Part shown: in pieces, positions 18,455-27,758 of the stretch
How positions within the stretch are numbered: the first letter of the stretch is position 1
Layout of the letters: each line of letters opens with the position of its first letter
Source of the DNA: an uncultured Acidovorax sp.
GTDB taxonomy: Bacteria; Pseudomonadota; Gammaproteobacteria; Burkholderiales; Burkholderiaceae_C
Assembly: GCA_913774625.1 (NCBI GenBank)
Contig: CAJYHL010000037.1
Location: forward strand, 5,353 to 69,352
DNA: 64,000 nucleotides
Direction of reading: 5' to 3'
Translations under genes and position numbers: made by a program
The notes under the pieces: generated by a model
Told to the model about the DNA's origin: nothing
Database searches by the model: none
The model's input: the letters and a program-made list of their open reading frames with translations, nothing else

Positions 18455-19624
18455 ATGACCGTCATCACGCTTCTCAAAGGCCGCCAACGCACTCGAGAAA
18501 GCGATGCTCCCTTCAGCCGCATCGAACGTCTCAACCTCCGGCAGGAAGCACTGCTGAAGCGCTGGCTGGCCTCCCACGCCCAGACCCGCGGCTGGCAGAC
18601 TCTGCTGGAGAGAGCGGGGCTGGACCTGCTGGACTGCGCCGAAGGTTTGCTGGACATCCTGGTGGAAGCCGGCGCAGCCACGGCCCGGGAACGCCTGGTG
18701 CGCGGCACCTGGCAGATTGAGGGGCTGGCGTGGCGCGACCTGTCTGCGCTTCAGCAAGCATTCGGCATCGCGACGGAGGAGGAGCGCCATGCCGTGCGGA
18801 GCGACATACGGCAGCGATTGGCCGTCCTGGCTAGTGATTACCCCTGGCTTCAGCCCGCCGTCGCTAGCTGCCTGGATAGCAGCTGGAGCGCCGACCTGCT
18901 GAAAGCCAGGGCGGAGCTGCTGCATGCCCTCGCCGCCTGGCATGCGGAGCAGCGCTTCGGCAAGCGCCGGGACTTCGCCCTGTACGCGCGTCAGCTCACA
19001 AAGGAAATCACCCACGCAGAATGGAAATGGCTGGAGACCCATGTCGCACTGCAGGCCCTGGGCATCGAAAAGCTGGCGTTCATCCTGTGGCTGGGCGGCA
19101 GCCTGTCACTGCAGACCGGCAGAGGCCGCGTCGATGCGGGTGCTGCAGGCTTCTGCGGTCTGCCCATGAGCAGCCTGATGGGAGAGACCCGCATCCTCGG
19201 TGCTCCGGAGCGCTACTGGCTCATCGAGAACCGCACAAGTTTCGAGCGGCAGGCGATAGAGGCGCAGCCCGGAACCTGCGTGGTCTGGCTGCCAGGCCGG
19301 CCGCCCGAGGACTGGCTGGGTGCACTAGGCTGGCTGCTGGACCATGCGCCCGCACCCGCGCACATCAGCTGCGACCCGGACCCGGCCGGTCTCGATATCG
19401 CCCTCACGGCCGGAGCCCTGTGGGCTGCACGGAAATTGGAATGGCTGCCCTACCGGATGGAGGCGACGATCTGGCAGAACGGCCCCACCACGCCGCACAA
19501 CGCTTTCGACCGCGCGGTCCTCGCGCGTCTGGCAAGACGGGACGACCTGCCCGCGCCGATGGCCGAGTTGCGAGATGCTCTGGAGCGGCAAGGCCGCAAG
19601 GCGGAGCAAGAAGCCTGGCTCTGA
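18455..19624 (+). CDS. Toprim-type nuclease (MksG/JetD-like, DUF2399-like)
   Basis: LIENRTSFE and SCDPDPAGLDIA (DxD) Toprim motifs; directly after the SMC gene. Confidence 0.72.
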   Translation: MTVITLLKGRQRTRESDAPFSRIERLNLRQEALLKRWLASHAQTRGWQTLLERAGLDLLDCAEGLLDILVEAGAATARERLVRGTWQIEGLAWRDLSALQQAFGIATEEERHAVRSDIRQRLAVLASDYPWLQPAVASCLDSSWSADLLKARAELLHALAAWHAEQRFGKRRDFALYARQLTKEITHAEWKWLETHVALQALGIEKLAFILWLGGSLSLQTGRGRVDAGAAGFCGLPMSSLMGETRILGAPERYWLIENRTSFERQAIEAQPGTCVVWLPGRPPEDWLGALGWLLDHAPAPAHISCDPDPAGLDIALTAGALWAARKLEWLPYRMEATIWQNGPTTPHNAFDRAVLARLARRDDLPAPMAELRDALERQGRKAEQEAWL

Positions 19625-19931
19625 AACGCCCGGGGTAGATTGGGAGGGCACGGGAAAGTACCGGGGTCAGGACTGGGGAGAAGTCACCTGACCAGCGGGC
19701 ATAATTTGTTCCAAATTGCGACATACGATGTCTCTTTGTTAACAAATCAGGGAAAAGCCATGCAGGCGGCCCGTCATTGCCCGACAAGACCGGGCACAGC
19801 CTTTTCCGCCCTCCGGGACCGGCCAGACGCAGTCCGACCGCTATTTAGGCGCCGCGCCGCGCGGGCCGGACATTCCCTTCCCCGCTGCCGGGCCTGCGGC
19901 GCGGGCCTTCGGCCTCAAGCCCGAGGCTGAA

Positions 19932-21212
19932 ATGCCGAAATTCACGGAGGTGGCCCATGGCGCAGCCGCAGCGGACGCTGCCTGCCCGCTGCCAGGCCCG
20001 GCTGCCTCCCCCGCCGAGCCCCTTCCCACCCCCGTCTTGCCCCCAGAAAAGGACCCGGCCTTGAACGAGGCTCCGCCGACTGTCGCCCGCAACCGCATCG
20101 CCAGCACCTGGCATGCGGTGCTGGACTTTCTGCTGACCACCGACTGGCGGCAGCGGCACCGCCTCACCATGTGCGCGCTGGCCTGCCTCCTGATGCTCTG
20201 CGGCATCCTGGCCATGCAGATAGTGGCCCGGGCCGGGCTGGCAGATACGCGCCTGGTGGGCGCCTGGACGATGCTGAGCATCGGCGGCATGGCGACGATG
20301 TTCCTGCTGATCCGCAGCGGCCTGGCGCTGCGCTTCTCCGACCCGTCCCTCACCGGTCCGCAGATCCTCTACGGCATCACCTGCGCCGCCATGGCCTTCG
20401 TGATCCTGGCCGTGCCGGCCCGCGGCCTCACCCTGCCGATGCTGGCCGTCATCGTGATGTTCGGCATGTTCGGCCTCACGGCCCGGCAGATGCTGGGGGT
20501 GATGTGCTATGCGCTGGCCCTTTTCGGCGCAGCCATCCTGTCGGTGGAATGGCAGGGCTACTATGGCCAGCGGCCCAGCCTGTCGCTGAGCTACGCGATC
20601 ATCGTCGCGGTGCTGCTGCTGGGCACCACCGTCCTCACGCAGCGCATGCAGACGACGCGCGAGCGCCTGCGCCAGCAGCGCCAGGAACTGGCCCAGGCGC
20701 TGGAGCAGATCCGCCAGCTGGCCACGCACGACGAACTGACGGGCCTGCCCAACCGGCGCCACATGCTCGACCTGATGCGGCACGAGACGCTGCGCGCCAA
20801 GCGCAGCCGGATGCGCCCTCTGCTGGTCCAGCTGGACGTGGACCATTTCAAACTCGTCAACGACACCCACGGCCATGCCGTGGGCGATCAGGTGCTGCAG
20901 TCGTTCGCAGACGCGGCGCGCGGCGCCCTGCGCAAGAGCGACATCTTCTCGCGCTGGGGTGGAGAAGAGTTCGTGCTGATGCTGTGCGACACCGACCGGC
21001 ACGAGGCCCAGGACCTGCTGGAGCGCCTGCGGGTGGAGGTTTCCCGGCCGCGCGTCGTGCGGCCGGAGCTGCCGCCGCTGCGCATCACCGTGTCGATGGG
21101 CGTGGCCACCCTGGGCGACGACGAGCGCGTGGAGTCCGCGCTGGAGCGGGCCGACTTCGCCCTCTACGCGGCCAAGTCCGGCGGCCGCGACCGGGTGGCC
21201 TGGGCGGACTGA
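19932..21212 (+). CDS. Membrane-bound diguanylate cyclase
   Basis: Multiple TM segments; [21 protein letters not shown]-site, GGEEF. Confidence 0.9.
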   Translation: MPKFTEVAHGAAAADAACPLPGPAASPAEPLPTPVLPPEKDPALNEAPPTVARNRIASTWHAVLDFLLTTDWRQRHRLTMCALACLLMLCGILAMQIVARAGLADTRLVGAWTMLSIGGMATMFLLIRSGLALRFSDPSLTGPQILYGITCAAMAFVILAVPARGLTLPMLAVIVMFGMFGLTARQMLGVMCYALALFGAAILSVEWQGYYGQRPSLSLSYAIIVAVLLLGTTVLTQRMQTTRERLRQQRQELAQALEQIRQLATHDELTGLPNRRHMLDLMRHETLRAKRSRMRPLLVQLDVDHFKLVNDTHGHAVGDQVLQSFADAARGALRKSDIFSRWGGEEFVLMLCDTDRHEAQDLLERLRVEVSRPRVVRPELPPLRITVSMGVATLGDDERVESALERADFALYAAKSGGRDRVAWAD

Positions 21213-21290
21213 GCGCCGCGGCAGCCTGTTACCGCTATCGGAAAGCTAGCAGCAGCCCCAGGCCGCACGGCCGCCGGCTACCATGCGGGC

Positions 21291-22007
21291 ATGACGCTCC
21301 GCTACGACGCCCTTTCCTCTCCCGACGCCTATGCCGACGTCTTCAAGGTTCCCGCCCCCGCCGACCTGGGCGAGCGCCGCATCAAGCCGCGCCAGCCGGG
21401 CTACATCGTGCGCCTGGCCCCGGCAGCGGCGGATGCCCCGGCCCCGGACGCAGACGCGGCCCCGCCCGTGCGCGAACTGCTGCAGATCCAGTGGGGCCTG
21501 GTGCCGCACTGGGTGAAGTCGGCCTCGGACGGGCGGCTACGCGCGCCCAAGCTGGTGAACGCGCGCTCCGAGACCGTGACCACCTCCACCCCGTTCCGCG
21601 ACGCCTGGCTGCGCGGCCAGCGCTGCATCGTGCCCATGCAGGCCTTCTACGCCGATGACCTGCGCAGCGGCGGCAAGCCCCGGCCCACACGCATCGCCCG
21701 CATCGACGGCGCACCCATGGGCGTGGCCGGCCTCTGGGCCCGCTGGACGGGGCCCGAGGGCGAAACGCTGCTGAGCTTCACCCTGCTGACGGTGAACGCC
21801 AACAGCCACGCCCTGCTGCACCGCTACGGCCAGCCGGGCAGCGAAAAGCGCATGCCCGCCATCCTGAGCGAAGGCGCGCAGGCGGCCTGGCTGGGAGCGC
21901 CGGTCGCCAAGGCGGGGGAATTCATGCGCGCCTACCCGGCGCAGTCGCTGACCGCCAACCCGGTGGAGACCAAGGCGGACAAGGTGCCCAAGGGCTGGCT
22001 GGATTGA
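21291..22007 (+). CDS. SOS response-associated peptidase (SRAP/YedK) family protein with atypical catalytic residues
   Basis: WGLVPHW, NARSET, RCIVP, GVAGLW, FTLLT, KRMPAIL; begins MT rather than MC. Confidence 0.8.
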   Translation: MTLRYDALSSPDAYADVFKVPAPADLGERRIKPRQPGYIVRLAPAAADAPAPDADAAPPVRELLQIQWGLVPHWVKSASDGRLRAPKLVNARSETVTTSTPFRDAWLRGQRCIVPMQAFYADDLRSGGKPRPTRIARIDGAPMGVAGLWARWTGPEGETLLSFTLLTVNANSHALLHRYGQPGSEKRMPAILSEGAQAAWLGAPVAKAGEFMRAYPAQSLTANPVETKADKVPKGWLD

Positions 22008-22061
22008 TCCGGCCCGCCTTGCGCTACCTTATCGATATCACACTACCCAGTCCTCACCGGC

Positions 22062-23540
22062 TCAGGCAGCGTCCGCCGGCAGGCTGGCGATGACCTGCGC
22101 CACGGCGGCCGTCAGGCGCTTGGCATAGGGCACGTGCAGGAATTCATTGGGCCCGTGCGCATTGCTCTTGGGGCCCAGCACGCCGCAGACCATCATCTGC
22201 GCCTTCGGGAAGCCCTGGCTCAGCAGGTTCATGAGCGGAATGGTGCCGCCCTGGCCGATGTAGCCGCAGGGCGCACCGAATTGCGCCTGGCTGGCGGCAT
22301 CGAGCGCGCGCGCGAACCAGGGAGCGGTGTCGGGCGCGTTCCAGCCGGTGGCGGCCCCGGCGGCCTCGAAGGTCACCCGCGCCTGGTAGGGGGCGTTGTC
22401 TTCCAGCAGGGCCTTCATCTCCTGCACGCAGCGCGCGGCATCGACCAGCGGCGGCAGGCGCAGGCTGAGCTTGAAGGCGGTGTAGGGACGCAGCACGTTG
22501 CCCGCGTCCTGCAGCGCCGGAAAGCCTTCGGCGCCGGTCACGCTCAGCGTGGGCTCCCAGGTGCGCTTGAGCAGCGCCTCGACCGGATCGGTCGTGGTCG
22601 GCAGCGCGAAGGTGCTGGAGCCGCCGCAGTCGTAGTGCGCCCACGGAAAGCGCCGGTAGATCTCGTCGCCCAGGATGGCGGCAGTGGCGCGGGCCTGCGC
22701 CAGCCGTTCGGCCGGCACGCTGCAGTGGAAGCTGGCGGGCAGCAGGCGGCCGGTGGCGGAGTCTTCGAGCCGGTCGAGCACCTGCCGCATGATGCGGAAC
22801 GACGAGGGCACCAGACCCGAGGCATCGCCCGAATGCACGCCTTCGGTGAGGATCTCCACCTTCAGCGTGCCGCTGGCCATACCGCGCAGGCTGGTGGTGA
22901 GCCACAGCTGGTCGTAGTTGCCGGCGCCCGAATCCAGGCAGATCACCAGGGCCACATCGCCAAGGCGCGGGCGCAGCTGCTCGACATAGGGCAGCAGGTC
23001 GCGCGAGCCGCTTTCCTCGCAGGTTTCGATCAGGCCCACGATGCGCGGGTGCGGCACGTTCTGGCGCTTCAATTCCTGCACCGCGGCGATGCTGGCATAG
23101 GCGGCGTAGCCGTCGTCGGCACCACCCCGGCCGTAGAGCTTGCCGTCCTCGTACTTGGGCGTCCACGGGCCCAGGTCGCTGCGCCAGCCGTCGAATTCGG
23201 GCTGCTTGTCGAGGTGGCCGTACATCAGCACCGTGGGGCCGCTGGCGGCCTGCGGCAGGGTGCCGTCCACCTCGAAGAACAGCACCGGCGTGCGGCCCGG
23301 CAGGCGCACGATCTCCAGCTTCAGGCCGGCCACCTTCTGCGACTCGATCCACTGGGCGGCGTTGCGCAGCACGCGGTCGAGCAGGCCTTGCTGCTCCCAG
23401 TCAGGGGCGAAGCCGGGCGACTTGGCGGGAATGGCGATGTATTCGGTCAGCTGCGGCAGGATGCCTTCGTCCCAGCGCTGGCTGAGCTGGGACAGGGCCT
23501 GGTCGGGCTGGAAGGCGGCGGCGGGGACGCGGGCATTCAT
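22062..23540 (-). CDS. M20/M25/M40 family metallopeptidase
   Basis: YGHLDKQP, GRGGADDG, EESGS, NAHGPNE. Confidence 0.9.
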   Translation of the reverse strand: MNARVPAAAFQPDQALSQLSQRWDEGILPQLTEYIAIPAKSPGFAPDWEQQGLLDRVLRNAAQWIESQKVAGLKLEIVRLPGRTPVLFFEVDGTLPQAASGPTVLMYGHLDKQPEFDGWRSDLGPWTPKYEDGKLYGRGGADDGYAAYASIAAVQELKRQNVPHPRIVGLIETCEESGSRDLLPYVEQLRPRLGDVALVICLDSGAGNYDQLWLTTSLRGMASGTLKVEILTEGVHSGDASGLVPSSFRIMRQVLDRLEDSATGRLLPASFHCSVPAERLAQARATAAILGDEIYRRFPWAHYDCGGSSTFALPTTTDPVEALLKRTWEPTLSVTGAEGFPALQDAGNVLRPYTAFKLSLRLPPLVDAARCVQEMKALLEDNAPYQARVTFEAAGAATGWNAPDTAPWFARALDAASQAQFGAPCGYIGQGGTIPLMNLLSQGFPKAQMMVCGVLGPKSNAHGPNEFLHVPYAKRLTAAVAQVIASLPADAA

Positions 23541-23635
23541 GGGGCGGCTCTCCTCTTCTTTCGTGCGATGGCCGAGGCGTCGGCGGCCCCGGCGGCCGGG
23601 CGCGGAACAACCGCCGGGCCAGAACGGCGATTGTG

Positions 23636-24670
23636 CTACGCCACCTGCGCCGCGCGCTGGCGCAGGGTCTGCGAAGGCGCTTCGCCGAAGAGGGATTTGT
23701 AGTCCTGCGAGAAATGGCCCATGTGGAAGAAGCCCCAGCGCGCGGCCAGCTCCTGCACCGTGTCGCCAGGCGCTGCCGTGCGCAGGGCGCGGCGGCAGGC
23801 ATTGAGGCGCACGGCCTTGAGGAAGTCGGCCGGCGACTGGCCAAGCACGGCATGGAAGTGGTTCTGCAGCGTGCGACGGGTGACGTGCAGGTGATCGCAC
23901 AGGGCCTGCACGTCGCGCGCCTCGTCGCCGCAGCAGGGCTGGCTGGCCCAGGCACGCGCAGCCATCACCAGGGCGAAGCGGCGCTGCGCCATGCCCTGCG
24001 GCGGAGCGGCGGCGTCCACGGCCGCAGGATCGCCGCACAGCAGGCGCAGCAGCTGCCGCGCCAGCGCCTGGTGCTGGGCGGTGCAGACGGGCTCCGCCGC
24101 AGCCTCGCAGAGGTGCAGCAGCGATTCGATCGTGGTGCACAGGGCCGCATAGGCACCGTCCTGCAGCGGCACGGCCAGCGCCGGGCTGGACAGCAGGGCC
24201 GGCGCACCGCGCAGCTCCATCGCTTCGGCCTCGGCGCTCAGCCAGTCCCGGTCCACGACCACGCCGTAGATGCCGAAGTCCTGCGGCGTGCGCAGCGTGA
24301 AGCCGTCGCTGGCGCGCGCCCGCATGACGAAATGCCCGCTATCGGTGCGCTGCTCGCGCCCGCAGAAATGCAGAGGCTGGCCGCAGCGCGCATCGGGCAG
24401 GCCGAACCAGACCGAGCCGGCCCAGGGCGCGCACTGCTGGCTGGTGGGCTGGGAGGTGTGCTCGTGGAAGACCTGCAGGCGGGGGCCGCCCATCCAGACT
24501 TCGCGCACGCGCCCGGCGAAGCGCCCGCCGCGCAGCTGGTCGTATTGCTGCGACCAGTCCGAGAGCTGGTCGGCATGCTCGTTCACATCCTCGCTGGCGC
24601 GCACCCGCCAGCGCAGCGGGCCCATGCCGGAGGACGCGGAAGCGGGGCTGGAAGAAAGGGCGGCAGCCAT
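23636..24670 (-). CDS. eutR: AraC-family transcriptional activator of ethanolamine utilisation
   Basis: DVNEHADQL..W.Q.YDQL..G.F N-domain; C-terminal AraC HTH (RLNACRRAL..WGFFHMGHFS); divergent from eat-eutBC. Confidence 0.8.
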   Translation of the reverse strand: MAAALSSSPASASSGMGPLRWRVRASEDVNEHADQLSDWSQQYDQLRGGRFAGRVREVWMGGPRLQVFHEHTSQPTSQQCAPWAGSVWFGLPDARCGQPLHFCGREQRTDSGHFVMRARASDGFTLRTPQDFGIYGVVVDRDWLSAEAEAMELRGAPALLSSPALAVPLQDGAYAALCTTIESLLHLCEAAAEPVCTAQHQALARQLLRLLCGDPAAVDAAAPPQGMAQRRFALVMAARAWASQPCCGDEARDVQALCDHLHVTRRTLQNHFHAVLGQSPADFLKAVRLNACRRALRTAAPGDTVQELAARWGFFHMGHFSQDYKSLFGEAPSQTLRQRAAQVA

Positions 24671-24757
24671 GTCACGTAGCGATGGAACAGTGGGGCTTGG
24701 TGTGCCGAATGTGATGCAAGAAAGACGCCAGCTGCTGCGCGAAAACCCCTAGGCCTC

Positions 24758-24810
24758 TATCCCGGATCGGAAAAAAAGGGGCCAAAGTGCCGCTTTGCCC
24801 AATCGGGATA
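24758..24810. promoter_or_regulatory. Two oppositely oriented XylS/AraC-type boxes, probable EutR sites
   Basis: TGCC-N6-GGATA at 24796-24810 (+) and TTCC-N6-GGATA at 24758-24772 (-), resembling the XylS TGCA-N6-GGNTA box. Confidence 0.55.
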
Positions 24811-24901
24811 GGCGCAGCGGGCAGCGCGTTGATGCAATAGGCGCCAGGTTCCATCCCCTCGATCACCACCAACCGCCCCATCAACGCAGCAAGGTCTCAC
24901 C

Positions 24902-26311
24902 ATGCACACATCGGAATCCGCATCCGCTCACCCGGCCCACGCACCGCACCTGAAGAAGGTTCTGGGCACCTTCCAGCTCTGGGGCATCGCCGTCGGGCTG
25001 GTGATCTCCGGCGAATACTTCGGCTGGAGCTACGGCTGGGCCACCGCGGGCACGCTGGGCTTCCTGGTCGCCACCGTGCTGGTGGCCGCCATGTACACCA
25101 GCTTCATCTTCAGCTTCACCGAACTCACCACCGCCATTCCGCATGCAGGCGGCCCCTTCGCCTATGCGCGCCGCGCCTTCGGGCCGGCCGGCGGCTTCAT
25201 CGCCGGCTACGCCACGCTGGTGGAATTCGTCTTCGCGCCGCCGGCCATCGCGCTGGCCATCGGCGCCTACCTGAACGTGCAGTTCCCGGCCATCAACGCC
25301 AAGTACATCGCGCTGGGCGCCTATGCGGTGTTCATCGGCCTGAACTGGGTGGGCGTGGGCATCGCGGCCACCTTCGAGCTGATCGTCACGCTGCTGGCCA
25401 TCTTCGAGCTGCTGGTGTTCATGGGCGTGGTCAGCCCCGGCTGGTCCTGGGCCAACTTCGCCAACCTGGGCTGGGCGGGCAGCGACACCTTCAGCGGCGC
25501 CACCGTGGCCGGCATCTTCGCGTCCATCCCCTTCGCCATCTGGTTCTTCCTGGCGATCGAGGGCGCAGCCATGGCGGCCGAGGAGGCGCGCGATCCGCAG
25601 AGCACCATTCCCAAGGCCTACATCGCCGGCATCCTCACGCTGGTGGCGCTGGCCTTCGGCGTGATGATCATGGCCGGCGGCGTGACCGACTGGCGCCATC
25701 TCGCCAACATCAACGACCCGCTGCCCCAGGCCATGAAGTCGCTGCTGGGCGCCAACAGCGGCTGGCTGCACATGATGGTCTGGATCGGCCTCTTCGGTCT
25801 GGTGGCCTCGTTCCACGGCATCATCATGGGCTATTCGCGCCAGATCTTCGCGCTGGCCCGCGCCGGCTACCTGCCCCGCGCCTTCGCCGAACTCAGCCCC
25901 CGCTTCAAGACCCCGCACCGCGCGCTGCTGGCCGGCGGCGCCGTGGGCGTGGCCGCGATCTTCAGCGACGAATGGATCCAGTTCGGCGGCCAGACGCTCA
26001 CCGCCAACATCGTGACCATGGCGGTCTTCGGCGCCATCGTGATGTACATCGTCTCCATGGCCGCGCTGCTGCGCCTGCGCCGCACCGAGCCTGCCATGCA
26101 CCGCCCCTACCGCGCGCCGCTCTACCCCTTCTTCCCCCTGCTGGCGCTGTCGCTGGGCGTGGTGTGCCTGATCGCCATGGTGTGGTTCAACCTGGTGCTG
26201 GCAGGAATTTTCCTCGCACTGATGGCGCTGGCCTGGGCCTACTACGCCAGCACCGCCAGCCGCCGCGCCGAGGCCGCGCCCGACGCCATGCTGGATGCAG
26301 CCCCCCACTGA
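24902..26311 (+). CDS. eat: Ethanolamine permease (APC family)
   Basis: LWGIAVGLVISGEYFGWSYG, FAIWFFLAIEG; about 12 TM segments. Confidence 0.93.
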   Translation: MHTSESASAHPAHAPHLKKVLGTFQLWGIAVGLVISGEYFGWSYGWATAGTLGFLVATVLVAAMYTSFIFSFTELTTAIPHAGGPFAYARRAFGPAGGFIAGYATLVEFVFAPPAIALAIGAYLNVQFPAINAKYIALGAYAVFIGLNWVGVGIAATFELIVTLLAIFELLVFMGVVSPGWSWANFANLGWAGSDTFSGATVAGIFASIPFAIWFFLAIEGAAMAAEEARDPQSTIPKAYIAGILTLVALAFGVMIMAGGVTDWRHLANINDPLPQAMKSLLGANSGWLHMMVWIGLFGLVASFHGIIMGYSRQIFALARAGYLPRAFAELSPRFKTPHRALLAGGAVGVAAIFSDEWIQFGGQTLTANIVTMAVFGAIVMYIVSMAALLRLRRTEPAMHRPYRAPLYPFFPLLALSLGVVCLIAMVWFNLVLAGIFLALMALAWAYYASTASRRAEAAPDAMLDAAPH

Positions 26312-26336
26312 CACGAGCTTTCGACAGGGTTCCGCC

Positions 26337-27725
26337 ATGCGCTATCACACCACCCTGGGCGGCCAGGGCCATGCCTTCGACGATCTGCGCCAGGTGATGG
26401 CGCATGCCAGCCCGGCGCGCTCGGGCGACTACCTGGCCGGCGTGGGTGCGGCCACCGCGCAGCAGCGCATGGCCGCGCGCCACGTGCTGGCCGACCTGCC
26501 GCTTTCCACCTTCCTGAACGAGGCCCTGGTGCCTTACGAGGACGATGCCATTACGCGCCTCATCATCGACGGCCATGACGCCACCGCCTTCGCGCCCATC
26601 CGCCACATGACGGTGGGCGACTGGCGCAACTGGCTGCTGGGCGACGAGGCCACGCCCGAGGCGCTGGCGGCGCTGGCGCCCGGGCTCACGCCCGAGATGG
26701 TGTCGGCCGTGAGCAAGATCATGCGCAACCAGGACCTGATCGCCGTGGCGCGCAAGTGCCGCGTGGTCACGCGCTTCCGCAACACGCAGGGCCTGGCAGG
26801 GCGCATCGGCGTGCGTCTGCAGCCCAACCACCCCACCGACGACCTGCGCGGCGTGGCCGCGTCGGTGCTGGACGGGCTCATGATGGGCGCGGGCGATGCG
26901 GTGATCGGCATCAACCCGGTGTCCGACAGCATGGCCACGCTCGAAGGCCTGTGCCGCATGTTCGACACGCTGATCCAGGGCCTGGAGATCCCCACCCAGG
27001 CCTGCGTGCTGACCCACGTCACCAACACGCTGCAGCTGATGAACGCGGGCGTGCCGGTGGACCTGGTGTTCCAGTCCATCGGCGGCACGGAGAAGACCAA
27101 CAGCGGCTTCGGCGTGAGCATCTCCGTGCTGGACGAGGCCTACGACGCCGCCCTGCAGCTGCGGCGCGGCACCGTGGGCGACAACGTCATGTACTTCGAG
27201 ACCGGCCAGGGCAGCGCCTTGTCGGCCGGCGGCCACCACGGCGTGGACCAGCAGACCTGCGAGGTGCGCGCCTATGCGCTGGCACGCCGCTACCACCCGC
27301 TGCTGGTGAACACCGTGGTGGGCTTCATCGGCCCCGAATACCTCTACGACGGCAAGCAGATCATCCGCGCCGGGCTGGAAGACCATTTCTGCGGCAAGCT
27401 GATGGGCCTGCCCATGGGCTGCGACATCTGCTACACCAACCACGCCGAGGCCGACCAGGACGACATGGACACGCTGCTGGTGCTGCTGGCCACCGCCGGG
27501 CTGAACTTCCTCATCGGCGTGCCGGGGGCGGACGACATCATGCTGAACTACCAGAGCACCTCCTTCCACGACGCGCTCTTCCTGCGCGACACGCTGGGCC
27601 TGCAACGCGCGCCCGAGTTCGAGGCCTGGCTGCAGCGCCAGGGCGTGACCACGGCCCAGGGCCGCCTGCGCGACGGCGCCGCGCCGCTGGCGCTGGCGCA
27701 CGTGCTGGGCACGCCGGTCCACTGA
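26337..27725 (+). CDS. eutB: Ethanolamine ammonia-lyase large subunit
   Basis: RSGDYLAGV, RLQPNHPTDD, MYFETGQGSALS, VNTVVGFIGPEY. Confidence 0.96.
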   Translation: MRYHTTLGGQGHAFDDLRQVMAHASPARSGDYLAGVGAATAQQRMAARHVLADLPLSTFLNEALVPYEDDAITRLIIDGHDATAFAPIRHMTVGDWRNWLLGDEATPEALAALAPGLTPEMVSAVSKIMRNQDLIAVARKCRVVTRFRNTQGLAGRIGVRLQPNHPTDDLRGVAASVLDGLMMGAGDAVIGINPVSDSMATLEGLCRMFDTLIQGLEIPTQACVLTHVTNTLQLMNAGVPVDLVFQSIGGTEKTNSGFGVSISVLDEAYDAALQLRRGTVGDNVMYFETGQGSALSAGGHHGVDQQTCEVRAYALARRYHPLLVNTVVGFIGPEYLYDGKQIIRAGLEDHFCGKLMGLPMGCDICYTNHAEADQDDMDTLLVLLATAGLNFLIGVPGADDIMLNYQSTSFHDALFLRDTLGLQRAPEFEAWLQRQGVTTAQGRLRDGAAPLALAHVLGTPVH

Positions 27726-27758
27726 CCACACCGACCGCAGCCGACTGCAACGACCGAC

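Noticed and set aside
18863-18880. GCTAGCTGCCTGGATAGC as another copy of the 17-bp palindrome
   Set aside because: Spacer is N10 and GC-rich, unlike the other copies
21213-21290. LexA box upstream of the SRAP gene
   Set aside because: CTGT is present but there is no ACAG at N8 spacing
24671-24901. Cobalamin riboswitch or sigma54 promoter before eat-eutBC
   Set aside because: No B12-box and no TGGCAC-N5-TTGC pattern found
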